A stretch of DNA of 28,351 nt. It comes from a virus. Taxonomy: Duplodnaviria; Caudoviricetes. The DNA lies in the IMG/VR virus record IMGVR_UViG_3300032318_000963, positions 1 through 28,351 of that record, one strand, 5' to 3'. A program made the translations under genes and the position numbers. This document shows, piece by piece, positions 1 through 9,619 of the stretch. Numbering within the stretch: the first letter of the stretch is position 1; the number at the start of each line of letters is the position of its first letter. The notes below the pieces were generated by a model that saw only the letters and a list, made by a program, of their open reading frames with translations, made no database searches and was not told where the DNA came from.

Positions 1-2337
1 ACCGTTCACGCCAGCCCACGCTCCTCCGGGATAATAAAATCCCACTGATGAGCCGCCGACAAACAGTTGACCAGAGGTTCGCGTATGCCCATCTGTCCCC
101 AACGTCATCCTCGTCACCCCATCCGTCTGGAACTCCAGCGACCTCGCCGTGCCAGTAGTGGTGCCTTTAGTCGTTCCAATGATGCCCCCTGTGGCACTGC
201 TAAAGTTAATATTCAGCCGTTCAAAGCTGTCAGTTGTATTTGTGTGCGTTCCATACAAGCGAATCGTTTGCGACGATTGACTTGTAGTTCGCATCGCAAG
301 AATTCCACTTGCGTCTCTTTGAAGGTGAACGTCTCCTGTACCAGCAGAAGGCGAGGCCGAAAACTGAAGCGGCCCCACAAGTCCGACTGCTGCGCTAAAA
401 TTTACTCCCACGCCGCCCGATTGGCGGGCATATATGCTGGTCACAAGACCAGTCCCGCCAAATTCTATTAATGGACCTTGAGCGTTAGCACTTTTTTTGA
501 CCGCAAATTGAGGGACGCCGCTGCGTTGTATAGAAAAATACGAGCTTGCTGCGTTGCTTGCAGTATCGGTGATGTTTATTACCGATCCAACGAAAGTAGT
601 GCCAGACGCATCCCAAGTCTGCGCCAAGTTCAGCACGGGCGCGGACGCCGTGAGAGTGCCGTTGTTTGCGGTGAGAGTGGTGAATGCGCCTGTGGACGGC
701 GTGGTGTTTCCGATGGCTGGAGGACTGGCTGCGTCAAACCCCGCACCAAACTCTACTCCTGTGGCTCCAGAGTTAACTCGCAGAACCTGATTTGCGGTGC
801 CCAAAGCGAGTGTTGTAACTTCTCCTGCTGTAGTTGTGACTACTGGTAATCCCGAAGTAGAACCCACCTTACCGTCATTGGTGATATTACCGTGGACATG
901 GGAGAGCGGCGTCCTTGCGTCACTCAATCGCGCATCGTTGCCCTCCGCTGCCGTTCCTGCGGTGGTTCCGTAGCTGACCGCGAGAGTTCTATTGGCCGTG
1001 AGGTCTCCACCGCCTGTAAGGCCAGTTCCCGCGCTGATGGTTCGGGATGTCGGCACACCTCCGATATTGGTTAATGCGGTTGCGGGGTTGGCCACATCAC
1101 TGAGGTTGTTGGCCTCCAGAAGCGCACCTTGTGCCGTTAGAAGACCGCCCACGTTGATTGTCCAAGCCGTAAATGGCCCGCCACTTCCCTCAACACTCTC
1201 CACATTAACCACAAGCGTTGTCCCAGAATAGCTGGTGACCGTAGCGTGCATGTGCTTGTTTGTCGGGTCTCCATCATAGACAATCGTAACGTCTTGGGTT
1301 CCCGTGTAGCTGAGTCCCGACTGGACGGTGAATGTCTTGGAGCCAGTGGTGATAGAATGGGAGGATGTGCTGGTTGTCAGGTATCGGTCTCCGCGATTTG
1401 CCAGCGTAAATGCGGTAGTGGCAACCTGAGTGGTATTAGTTCCAGCAGACGCTGTCGGGGCTGTCGGGGTTCCCGTAAGAGCGGGGGAATCCAGATTGGC
1501 TTTAAGGTTTAGTGCGGTCTGGGTTGCTGTGGATACGGGCTTGTTGGCATCCGATGTATTATCCACATTGCTTAGTCCGACATCGGATTTTGTCGCGGAA
1601 GCTCCAACGGTGGCCCGTCCCTTGGCGTCTACCGTAACTTTAGTGTAGGTTCCAGCAACAACCCCAGAAGTAGTTAAAGTGGGATTAGGGTAGGTTCCCG
1701 TAAGGTCTCCGCCTGCGGGACCGCTGGGCGCTGTGGAGATACTTCCCCATTCGGGTGCGGTCGCTCCGCTATTTACTTTAAGAACCTGTCCTGCTGTGCC
1801 GATGGGAAGTCGGGTTTCCGAAGACGCCCCGCGATAAAGAAGATCACCTTGTGCCGAAAGAACATCCTCGATTCCGCTTACTCCATAACGGGGGAGGATC
1901 TGCCATCCACGGGTTACTCCCGTATAGATTAAGGTGAAGTAGGCTCCTTCGACATTGGCTGTGAGGTTTTCGGCCAGTGATTCGATGGGTTGTCCGTTTC
2001 GGGCGATGGTCAGCGGATTGGTGTCGAACGTGTTGGCGTAGTCGAAGATATCGATGGAGTCTCCTGCTGCGGGATTCGGGGGGAGGGTCAGGGTAAAAGA
2101 ACCTCCAGCAGTATTCGCCGCGATGAACTGGCGGTTGGAGACATCTTGGCTGGAAGTTATTACCTCATAGTTGATGTTCGCGTTTTCTCCAGCGAGGCCA
2201 GTAGGACCAGTAGGACCTACGGGTCCGACAGGCCCTTGATCCGAAAAAACAACATCATACGAATCTACCCTACCAGCCACTGTACCAGCAGCGGTAAGTG
2301 TCTCGTCGTAATTGATTTCGTAAATCTTTACATTCAC
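1..2337 (-). CDS. Phage fibre protein (tail or head fibre), 3' end beyond the window; at least 779 codons
   Basis: Not in the ORF track because it has no stop. Manual translation from GTG 2337 (GTGA overlap with upstream stop) stays open to base 1. Contains short collagen-like [13 protein letters not shown] and fibre-type motifs [75 protein letters not shown]; Gly/Thr/Ala-rich. Confidence 0.88.
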   Translation of the reverse strand, partial: MNVKIYEINYDETLTAAGTVAGRVDSYDVVFSDQGPVGPVGPTGPTGLAGENANINYEVITSSQDVSNRQFIAANTAGGSFTLTLPPNPAAGDSIDIFDYANTFDTNPLTIARNGQPIESLAENLTANVEGAYFTLIYTGVTRGWQILPRYGVSGIEDVLSAQGDLLYRGASSETRLPIGTAGQVLKVNSGATAPEWGSISTAPSGPAGGDLTGTYPNPTLTTSGVVAGTYTKVTVDAKGRATVGASATKSDVGLSNVDNTSDANKPVSTATQTALNLKANLDSPALTGTPTAPTASAGTNTTQVATTAFTLANRGDRYLTTSTSSHSITTGSKTFTVQSGLSYTGTQDVTIVYDGDPTNKHMHATVTSYSGTTLVVNVESVEGSGGPFTAWTINVGGLLTAQGALLEANNLSDVANPATALTNIGGVPTSRTISAGTGLTGGGDLTANRTLAVSYGTTAGTAAEGNDARLSDARTPLSHVHGNITNDGKVGSTSGLPVVTTTAGEVTTLALGTANQVLRVNSGATGVEFGAGFDAASPPAIGNTTPSTGAFTTLTANNGTLTASAPVLNLAQTWDASGTTFVGSVINITDTASNAASSYFSIQRSGVPQFAVKKSANAQGPLIEFGGTGLVTSIYARQSGGVGVNFSAAVGLVGPLQFSASPSAGTGDVHLQRDASGILAMRTTSQSSQTIRLYGTHTNTTDSFERLNINFSSATGGIIGTTKGTTTGTARSLEFQTDGVTRMTLGTDGHTRTSGQLFVGGSSVGFYYPGGAWAGVNG

Positions 2338-2687
2338 AACGCTTTGGTCGGTACTGACACCAAATCAAAGGTTCCGGAGACCAAGGTGGTGCGGGTTCCG
2401 GAAGCGGACTTGACTTTAATTCCACGGTAGTATTTTCCGGGGACCGTTAATTCGCTAGCCAGAATAGAAAGTGTAATCTCTCCGGTCAGGGGGAGAGTCG
2501 GTACGAAAGATTTATTCACATAGGCTTCATCGTCCGACCACGACAAATCTTTTGTTATAGTAACCCAAAACGTCCAACCCGTAATGTTTTTCGGGTCTCC
2601 GTCTACGTCATTAATACGAATAGTAGCTGCCCAATCGTCGTTGACTGGGTGGATTGCGTTGTCGACAATGTATGGGTAGCTAGCCAC
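2334..2687 (-). CDS. Small beta-sandwich virion protein, probable fibre adaptor (BppU-N-like)
   Basis: 117 aa, alternating beta pattern ([36 protein letters not shown]); overlaps the fibre start by 4 nt. Family call is by resemblance. Confidence 0.6.
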   Translation of the reverse strand: MASYPYIVDNAIHPVNDDWAATIRINDVDGDPKNITGWTFWVTITKDLSWSDDEAYVNKSFVPTLPLTGEITLSILASELTVPGKYYRGIKVKSASGTRTTLVSGTFDLVSVPTKAL

Positions 2688-2693
2688 AGCTTA

Positions 2694-3065
2694 TCAGGCC
2701 ATTTTTCCGCTCGAAGCGGCTCGCCGCTCAACGGCATCCAAAAATCCGCCTTCAGACATGTCGCCTTCGGCCATCATTTCAGATTCGCCCCCCTCATCCT
2801 CATCCCCATCCTCTTCTTCTTCCGCACTGCCGAGGGCCATTCCGTCGAGAGCTTTAAGATAAAGCTCGCCGTCCTCACCTAGCTGGACGGTAGCCATAGA
2901 TTCAAAAGTATCTCCGGGGTTGAGGCCTTCGGGCATCTCCATTCCTTCCGGAGCCATAAATTCAATAGATTCTTTTTCCATATTTTTAGATCCACACCCA
3001 CATTTTTTTCGAGATTTTGCACTCATTCCCGCTTGGGCCGGGGCAACTGCAATTACCAGTTCCAT
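2694..3065 (-). CDS. Small acidic Met/Glu-rich protein with scaffold-like C-terminal motif
   Basis: 123 aa ORF directly after the capsid gene (alternative start 2981); ends GGFLDAVERRAASSGKMA. Confidence 0.72.
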   Translation of the reverse strand: MELVIAVAPAQAGMSAKSRKKCGCGSKNMEKESIEFMAPEGMEMPEGLNPGDTFESMATVQLGEDGELYLKALDGMALGSAEEEEDGDEDEGGESEMMAEGDMSEGGFLDAVERRAASSGKMA

Positions 3066-3075
3066 TTTATTGGGT

Positions 3076-3114
3076 TGGGGGGAGGGGCTACCAGTAGGTA
3101 AACCACTCCCCCCA
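3076..3114 (-). other. GC-rich stem-loop downstream of the capsid gene (mRNA stabiliser, processing site or weak terminator)
   Basis: TGGGGGGAG 3076-3084 pairs with CTCCCCCCA 3106-3114, inner TACC/GGTA; no U-tract on the minus strand. Confidence 0.5.
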
Positions 3115-3128
3115 CCAATGATTACTGA

Positions 3129-4307
3129 TTAGGAGCAACCAACAAGCTGCGCACTAACCAAGCTGTTACCGCAGCGGGTATGCATGATCGCATAACCCCA
3201 CTCCGGACGGATCGGCTTAGAACCAGCCGAAAGGACGCCACGGAAATATCCGATAGTCCCGTCTGGGTTCTCATCTTTATCGCGGATGTTGAGCCATTTA
3301 AACTCACCACGATAGGAGACGGGATCGAACGCCGTGCTTCCGCCGGGGCTGGTGATCGGGGCCGGAATGACCGAGTGGAAGACATCCTTGTGGAACACAA
3401 TGGAGACTTCGTACTGAGCCAACTCATAGGCCGGATTGACGATCCACTCAGTGTTACCGCCCGAGGTGGCCTTAACATACGGAGGAACTTCCGTATAGGT
3501 GCCGCCGAAGTAGGTGTACCGGGGCATAAAATCATCGATCAGATGATAAAAGCCTTTGTAGGTACGCTCAACACCGAGGGGAGCGAGCAGATCGTTAGCT
3601 TTGGTGCTGTAGCGATAATCTTCACGGTCAGCCGCCAGATTGCGGATGAGGTCGAAAGAAGTTTCGCTGGAGCAGACCAGACCGAACACCGGAGTGCCGT
3701 TTTCGCGGCCGAGCGGATCGTTGCCAGCGCCGTCACGGATGAGGCGCATGCGGATCTTTTCAAGAATCGGCTGAACAAGCTTCGAGGTAGGCTCAGCAGC
3801 GGGGAAGCTGGCGGTGCCAGAGGTCATCGAAGAGTTGGCCAGAATCTTGTTGTTCGACAAGCGAAGATACTCGTCACGATACCGCGTCTGCCAAGCCCAC
3901 GAGGTATTCTCCGTAAGGATACGGAAGATATTGCTCAGCTGGTCTTTGCGGCGGAACGAGAAACGAAGGTCGTTGACGCAAATCGGGGGCGACTCAATAG
4001 CAGTCTGCTTCAGATTGTAGCTAACGAGCTTGTTGTAGAACTTGACTTGGGTAGCCGTAGGCACGCAAGTTCCACCGTTTCCGGTGTTGTCATTGAAACC
4101 GACCGAATTCCACGTAAGACGTGCATCGGCGCTTTCGGGCAACGAGCGGGAATAAGTCAAAACCGAGATATCGGTACCCATTTCATCGGGCCACGTATCT
4201 TGTTTGACCAACTTCAACCACGGGGACGTGTTCAAAGTTTTGTTGTAAATGTCGGGGCCGATGCGTCCGCTTTCCGCAGCCAGCCACGAGTCGATGGTAT
4301 ATGCCAT
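3129..4307 (-). CDS. Major capsid protein
   Basis: 392 aa; follows portal and scaffold; strong SD AGGAGG (4315-4320), own promoter candidate and downstream hairpin indicate high expression. Called from size and synteny. Confidence 0.82.
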   Translation of the reverse strand: MAYTIDSWLAAESGRIGPDIYNKTLNTSPWLKLVKQDTWPDEMGTDISVLTYSRSLPESADARLTWNSVGFNDNTGNGGTCVPTATQVKFYNKLVSYNLKQTAIESPPICVNDLRFSFRRKDQLSNIFRILTENTSWAWQTRYRDEYLRLSNNKILANSSMTSGTASFPAAEPTSKLVQPILEKIRMRLIRDGAGNDPLGRENGTPVFGLVCSSETSFDLIRNLAADREDYRYSTKANDLLAPLGVERTYKGFYHLIDDFMPRYTYFGGTYTEVPPYVKATSGGNTEWIVNPAYELAQYEVSIVFHKDVFHSVIPAPITSPGGSTAFDPVSYRGEFKWLNIRDKDENPDGTIGYFRGVLSAGSKPIRPEWGYAIMHTRCGNSLVSAQLVGCS

Positions 4308-4527
4308 AATAAATCCTCCTAGGATAATTAAGGTTGTGGATAAATCTTGCTACACTTCACACGAAGTATTGCTTTTTCTATCCGGTTTAGTTTTTCGATC
4401 TCACGTGAGCCAACGTGAGAAGATGCGATGTTACTCACACCCCCTTTTAGCTCTGACTGGTTTTTAGAACGGAAATTAGCTCCGAGCGGGCTTTGGTAGT
4501 TTTAGTTCTATACCAACGAACAATGGC

Positions 4528-4555
4528 AAATTAACAATAGCCAAAAAAGAGTCAA
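4528..4555 (-). promoter_or_regulatory. Sigma70-like promoter for the capsid gene
   Basis: Minus strand TTGACT-N16-TAATTT with extended TGn, about 220 nt upstream of the capsid ATG. Confidence 0.5.
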
Positions 4556-4563
4556 TAGAAAAA

Positions 4564-5784
4564 TCATCCCAAAGAGAATCTTTTTTCAATAGCGTCCAAG
4601 AAGCCACCCGGTTCCTGTTTCTGATTAGAGGTGTCAGTATTACCTCCAACCTTGGGAGTTGCTTTTTTGTACTTGCCCAGAGCCTTCTCGGTCTCGGCCA
4701 GTTTGTCGACAACCTCAGTGTATTTCTTCACCAGATGCGGGAGAGCCACGCCTGCGTAAACTGCATACGCACGTTCCTCGGGCACAGAGTCAAGTAGGTC
4801 AGCTTCATTAGCTGCCGACTTCAACTCTCTGATAACCTCCTCGCCCAAAGACTGGATGACGGGATTTCCCTCAAAAGTCTGAGACCAAGTTTCATTGGCA
4901 ATCTTTACCGTTTCTTGCTTGTAACGCTTCTCGGCTTCGGCCTCTTCAAGCTTTTGCTTTTCCGTCATCTCAGCCATGGCTTTGGCTGCATTCTCTTTCA
5001 AATAGTCACGTCTGCGAGAAACTTCGGCCAGATCATCTGCCATACGATAGAGGCGAACCCGATCACGTTCGCTGAAGTCTGCAGCAATCTCAGTAAGGGC
5101 ATCCGAGGCATCCCCCGTACTCTCTTGTCGGAGAGCGTCCACCAACTTCCTCGGGGTAACTTCATATTTATCCGCCAGCGAAATGGCCGAGTCCAGAATA
5201 GCTTGTGTCGGCTGGAGCACGGCTTCTTTGAACTGCGGAGACGCTTCTATCCTAGATACGGCAATCTCACGTTCATACTCCTCCACCTTACTGCGCAAAT
5301 CTGCCAACTGCGAGGTGGTCTCCTCCGAGTTTCCGACTTCCGAGAGTTTGGCTTCGCGCTCAGCCAACACTTTCTCCATCTCGGCCACCTTGGATTTGTA
5401 GGTTTTCAGTTCAGTCTTAAGCTGTTTGAATTTGGCTCCGGCCGAGCCCGTCATAGACTTCGTGTCCTCATCATCGTCCGACTCTTTCGAATCTTCAGTA
5501 GATTCTTCTTGCTCAGTCTTTTCTTCCGAATCGGTTTCAGTCTCGGTGTCCTGAGATTCTTGCTCCTCGGTCGAGGATTCTTCCTGTTTTTCCCACGGGG
5601 CTACCTCCTGACCCTTCTCAAAACTACTCAACTTGCCGTCAAGCCATGACGCAAAGTCTCCGGATTGGGGGTTGTCTACGCTGGACGAAGGGGTCTCCGC
5701 CGTCATAGCTGGAATTGGATCTGCCGCAGGAGCGGAAGAATTGCTGGTTTCGTTTGATGTATTCGAGGTATTTTCTGTACTCAT
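4564..5784 (-). CDS. Capsid scaffolding protein
   Basis: 406 aa; disordered acidic N-terminus, long coiled-coil middle, short C-terminal helix; directly upstream of the capsid gene. Confidence 0.72.
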   Translation of the reverse strand: MSTENTSNTSNETSNSSAPAADPIPAMTAETPSSSVDNPQSGDFASWLDGKLSSFEKGQEVAPWEKQEESSTEEQESQDTETETDSEEKTEQEESTEDSKESDDDEDTKSMTGSAGAKFKQLKTELKTYKSKVAEMEKVLAEREAKLSEVGNSEETTSQLADLRSKVEEYEREIAVSRIEASPQFKEAVLQPTQAILDSAISLADKYEVTPRKLVDALRQESTGDASDALTEIAADFSERDRVRLYRMADDLAEVSRRRDYLKENAAKAMAEMTEKQKLEEAEAEKRYKQETVKIANETWSQTFEGNPVIQSLGEEVIRELKSAANEADLLDSVPEERAYAVYAGVALPHLVKKYTEVVDKLAETEKALGKYKKATPKVGGNTDTSNQKQEPGGFLDAIEKRFSLG

Positions 5785-5787
5785 AAA

Positions 5788-6063
5788 TTATTGGATGTTG
5801 CCCCAAGGTTCGGGAAGTTGTTTGCGAGGATCGGGAGGATCTTCGGTAAGTTTGACTAGAGAGCGTTTAAAGTCGAAATAGCCAGAGTTCCGTGCGTGTT
5901 GCAGAGCGGAAGAAACCATGGGGTCGCCCGCTTGTGGTACAACATATTTCGGTAGATTACTCTGAGTGAGAAGCTCCAATGCTTCGCGCATTGGTGAAGT
6001 GTTCAGTGTTTTCCGGAGCAACATACGAAGCTCTGGATCCTCGTGCCATTCTTTAAGTGTCAT
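5788..6063 (-). CDS. Small helical head-module protein (Bbp19-like position)
   Basis: 91 aa, tightly packed between portal region and scaffold; function by synteny only. Confidence 0.6.
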   Translation of the reverse strand: MTLKEWHEDPELRMLLRKTLNTSPMREALELLTQSNLPKYVVPQAGDPMVSSALQHARNSGYFDFKRSLVKLTEDPPDPRKQLPEPWGNIQ

Positions 6064-6064
6064 A

Positions 6065-6301
6065 CTACCAAGCTTTACAAGACCAATATGCTGCAGAGAG
6101 TTTGCTGTGGCTCTTGGTATCGCATCCGTGGCGGGCGCGAAAGGATTTTCTCCGTTCTGGAATGTTTTTCTTAATGGTCATGTTCGGGTCGCCAAACATG
6201 ATTGATTTTGTCTTACCGCCTTGAGAAGCAAGAACTTTGAACTTCTTACGTCCATATCCCGGTTCACCTTTTTGGATGCGGCGAGGCTTGTTAACTTGCA
6301 T
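6065..6301 (-). CDS. Small basic phage protein with RRKSFRARHxC...YWSCKAW motif
   Basis: ATG at 6301, 1 nt after the portal stop, is preferred to 6349; 78 aa, Lys/Arg-rich; motif recalled from many environmental phages, function unknown. Confidence 0.75.
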   Translation of the reverse strand: MQVNKPRRIQKGEPGYGRKKFKVLASQGGKTKSIMFGDPNMTIKKNIPERRKSFRARHGCDTKSHSKLSAAYWSCKAW

Positions 6302-6302
6302 G

Positions 6303-8540
6303 TTAAATAGCTGGTTGTTTGGCAATCTTGCTGGCCACTTCGGCGTCACGCAAGGCCAATTTTTGCTGAACTTCGGCCAGCCGCAAGTTCAAACGCATCT
6401 GATGAGTCTCCTGCATCATCTGCAATTTGGCTTGATGCTCTTGGAGTTTCTGTTGGAGCTTGTCAGCATAATCGGCTTGTTGCTCGGCAGCAGCGGATTC
6501 AGCGCCGGGAGCACTCTGAGCCGCTTGCTGTTCACGCAGTTTTTGGACCCGTTTGACTCCGTTGTTGACGATTTCACCGAACTGCTGCAGAGACTGACGC
6601 AGGGCCGCACCCGCTTCGGGGATGGTGATATCCTTAGAAACCTCTTCTACGTGGATGGTGACGTGACCGTACAGATTAACCAAAAAGTCGATAACTTGCT
6701 CGACGGGAATCTGACCAGCGTCGACTGCTTGGGCAATTTGACCGATAGCGGCCAAGTGAACCTTGGCGTGTTCGAGGTGATTCTCGTTAGGTAGGACCTG
6801 AACTTGGTTTCCAGAACGCATGTCACCGTTCTCAAGTTCGGCGATTTTCACATCGATGACGGGTCGTGCGTCAGCATCGGGGGCCGGGGTATACCGATCC
6901 GCCAAGTCGTAACCGAAACGAGCGGCGACACGGTCACGTTGAGCGGCTTTGCGCCCGTACTCATCGAAACCGGGCATGAGTTCCATCAACTCATTGGTGG
7001 CGAGCAACCTAGCGGCTTCCGAACCAGCGCCGATAGCACGAATTGGTCGAACCGAATTGATGTCGATTCCCATAATCGCTTCGATAGGCACACCGCGCAA
7101 CGCGCAGCGATTGTAGAAATCTTGAACTTCCCGACCTCCGGGCTCATCCGACAGATATCCTCCGCGAACGAAACGGCGCACTGTTTCCTTGAGTACTCGG
7201 CCCCAAGGTTCGTAGAACAGGTTAAGAGAGGCGGTAGACAGCCGAGCTTGGTTGGAGAGGATGGCTTGCGTCTCCAGCTTGGTCTTTTCCCGTGTGTCAG
7301 AGATAGCGGTAGAAGAATCGTAGCCAGCGGTTTTACCCTGCATCTGGGCTGCGAGATCCTGCAGGAACGGCATAGCAGATTTGCTAACGTCAGGCATCGC
7401 GTTCGGGACCACGTTAATCATGTCGGGAGCCAAGACCGAGTACGGCCCATAGTAGGTGAAGTTCAAGTCTTCGAGAGCCTGTTCCGACTGGGGCTGGAGC
7501 AACAGAGTGGAACTCAACATAGCGCCGTCAGCCATTTGGCAGCGGAGGCGATTGCTGAGTTGGATCTGCGGAAAAATTTTATATCCGAGTCCGCGAATAG
7601 AATGATAGTACCCATTGGTTCCGATACCGTAGGGGAAGAACACGAACGCGCTGTTAATGTGATCGTACAGGTTACGTTTGATACACAAGAAATCCTCGGC
7701 CTCGTTATTCTCCGTTGTCATGTAATAGGAGACGGTTCCGTCGAATTCCTTGACCCATGCATGGATTACTTTGACCTCGGAAGCGTTGGCCGTACCCGTG
7801 AATAGATCGTTGTTTTTCAACTCGATCTGCAACTTCTCCCATTCGGTATACGTGCCCAAGGAACCGTTAGCAGCCTTGATCAAGGCCTTGCGAACTTCCT
7901 CAACGTTCCAACCCATGTCGGAGGCCGCTTCGGCGTCTTCAATGAATCGATACAGCTGGTGTGCTTGATAGGATCTGACGCAGACGGCGACCTCAATTTC
8001 ATCTTCACACGCAAGAGTCTTTCGCGGAATCAAGAAGTCCCCGAACATCGAAACACGCCACCGCCAATCGATGTTGTCCTCCCAGTAGGCAATACCCACT
8101 CCATGGGTAACGAAATACTGGCATAGGAGGAGGTAGTTAAAGTTGAACTGCGGCCACGAACGAATGGCGCGGGTTATCTCCTCGGCGATAATGTTCGAGT
8201 ACTCCAGACGGGTCTTGGTGTCACCGAAGTCAGTTTTCAGGGATAGGAGATGCTCAACAGAGTGGATGATATCGACGTAACCGGACATCGCGCTCTCCAA
8301 GATGGTCGACGCCTCATCAAAGTTTACGTTACAGCGGTATGACTGACCGCTGGCCATGAGATCCACGTCACTGTACGGAGGAACTCCGTCGAACATGGCC
8401 TGTACTTCAGCACGATTTTTAGAGGATTTATCGTCCGCATCCTTCAACTTGCGGTAAATCTCGTGCAGGGACTTGGAGTCTTTTACACGACTACGGGGCG
8501 CACCACTTTCGGATACGTTTTGAAGGAGGGTGTCGTTCAT
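6303..8540 (-). CDS. Portal protein
   Basis: 745 aa between terminase and scaffold/capsid; long Gln-rich helical C-terminus like the barrel of P22-type portals. Confidence 0.8.
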   Translation of the reverse strand: MNDTLLQNVSESGAPRSRVKDSKSLHEIYRKLKDADDKSSKNRAEVQAMFDGVPPYSDVDLMASGQSYRCNVNFDEASTILESAMSGYVDIIHSVEHLLSLKTDFGDTKTRLEYSNIIAEEITRAIRSWPQFNFNYLLLCQYFVTHGVGIAYWEDNIDWRWRVSMFGDFLIPRKTLACEDEIEVAVCVRSYQAHQLYRFIEDAEAASDMGWNVEEVRKALIKAANGSLGTYTEWEKLQIELKNNDLFTGTANASEVKVIHAWVKEFDGTVSYYMTTENNEAEDFLCIKRNLYDHINSAFVFFPYGIGTNGYYHSIRGLGYKIFPQIQLSNRLRCQMADGAMLSSTLLLQPQSEQALEDLNFTYYGPYSVLAPDMINVVPNAMPDVSKSAMPFLQDLAAQMQGKTAGYDSSTAISDTREKTKLETQAILSNQARLSTASLNLFYEPWGRVLKETVRRFVRGGYLSDEPGGREVQDFYNRCALRGVPIEAIMGIDINSVRPIRAIGAGSEAARLLATNELMELMPGFDEYGRKAAQRDRVAARFGYDLADRYTPAPDADARPVIDVKIAELENGDMRSGNQVQVLPNENHLEHAKVHLAAIGQIAQAVDAGQIPVEQVIDFLVNLYGHVTIHVEEVSKDITIPEAGAALRQSLQQFGEIVNNGVKRVQKLREQQAAQSAPGAESAAAEQQADYADKLQQKLQEHQAKLQMMQETHQMRLNLRLAEVQQKLALRDAEVASKIAKQPAI

Positions 8541-9418
8541 TCGAGATTGCTGTTATTCTTAGATTTCTTCATCCGCTTACCGGAGGAATACTTTTTCTTG
8601 ATACTTAATTTCGCGGTTTCTACCACATCCCCCTCAATAGGGGAAGATTTAGTTTCAACTTTATTACCACCTAGCTCAGACAAAAGCAACCTTGCCAAGG
8701 AAAGATCTTTACAGCCGTGCAGGACTGCCGCATCGGGTGAGAGGGGCTTATTGGTGTGCAGGTCTACGTGAGGCATGTCGAAGTTGTCGCACACAATCTC
8801 ACCCCTCTCTCTGCGATAATTACAGGTTTTCCAGTTATGCTGGATAAGCGTGGTGTCTGTCAGTCCTGCTCTCAAAACCTCCCATTGAATCCAGACATCG
8901 AACGCCACGCCCTCCTCATACCGCCAAAGATCACAGTGTTTAGTGAAGTCCTTGGGGTAAATACCCGTACCTGCCATATGGGCTCCTTTGACGATCAGTC
9001 TATTATTTTGATCTACGTAGTACGTTGCATGCTTCGCACCCATGAACACGGCGTGTGCGGCATTGTATTCTTTCTGCAGGGCGTCAAGCCAACCACGTTT
9101 AGTCGGAGTGTTATCCAGTTCAAACCAATACCAAGGCTGTTCGACTCCCGCGCCTGCGTACAGATAACTTATCGTATTGCGAAAATACGCGTTTGGTCCG
9201 AGGGGCCAACCCTTCGCTAGACATTGAAAAACGTGTGTCGAGGTATTGCGGAACTGGCCCTTCAACTTGGAGTACAAGTCATTGACCAGAGGCTCGCAGT
9301 CCGTGGACCCCACAACCAAAAGATCGTGGTTTGGGCAACCACCTAGTTTGACAATCAACTCCGAGATTGGGTCGATCATCTGCTCGTCAGCCTCGCTGAC
9401 GGGAACGATGAGTAACAT
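8537..9418 (-). CDS. Putative GT-A fold glycosyltransferase
   Basis: N-terminal beta strand LLIVPV, GWPLGPN, WYWFELD (ExD at the DxD position) followed by P..GWLDAL, HMAGTGIYP, AFDV, VLHGCKD; overlaps portal start by 4 nt. Confidence 0.55.
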   Translation of the reverse strand: MLLIVPVSEADEQMIDPISELIVKLGGCPNHDLLVVGSTDCEPLVNDLYSKLKGQFRNTSTHVFQCLAKGWPLGPNAYFRNTISYLYAGAGVEQPWYWFELDNTPTKRGWLDALQKEYNAAHAVFMGAKHATYYVDQNNRLIVKGAHMAGTGIYPKDFTKHCDLWRYEEGVAFDVWIQWEVLRAGLTDTTLIQHNWKTCNYRRERGEIVCDNFDMPHVDLHTNKPLSPDAAVLHGCKDLSLARLLLSELGGNKVETKSSPIEGDVVETAKLSIKKKYSSGKRMKKSKNNSNLE

Positions 9419-9421
9419 GTG

Positions 9422-9619
9422 CTATTTGTTGAGTTTGGAGAGTGTCATAGCCAAGCGAGCCCGCTTAGCAGTAATCCCGGATCCTTTGGCCGCTTCTTTA
9501 AGTTTTCCTTTTGGGATCTTCTCCCCCTTTTTAACGCCCATAGTTTCACGAAGGGCTCCGGGTTTCTTGATTGCGCCTTGAATCCACTTCTCTTTCGCCT
9601 GTTTTAATTTAGTAGCCAT
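9422..9619 (-). CDS. Small highly basic protein (WIQGAIKKPGALR...KRARLA type), possible DNA-binding core protein
   Basis: 65 aa, Lys-rich, overlaps the terminase stop; motif recalled from environmental phages. Confidence 0.75.
   Translation of the reverse strand: MATKLKQAKEKWIQGAIKKPGALRETMGVKKGEKIPKGKLKEAAKGSGITAKRARLAMTLSKLNK

Noticed and set aside
67-2430. Plus-strand ORFs over the first 2.4 kb
   Set aside because: Shadows of the uninterrupted minus-strand fibre gene.
3122-3150. Programmed frameshift or readthrough extending the capsid protein
   Set aside because: No slippery heptamer before the TAA stop, and a second stop follows closely.
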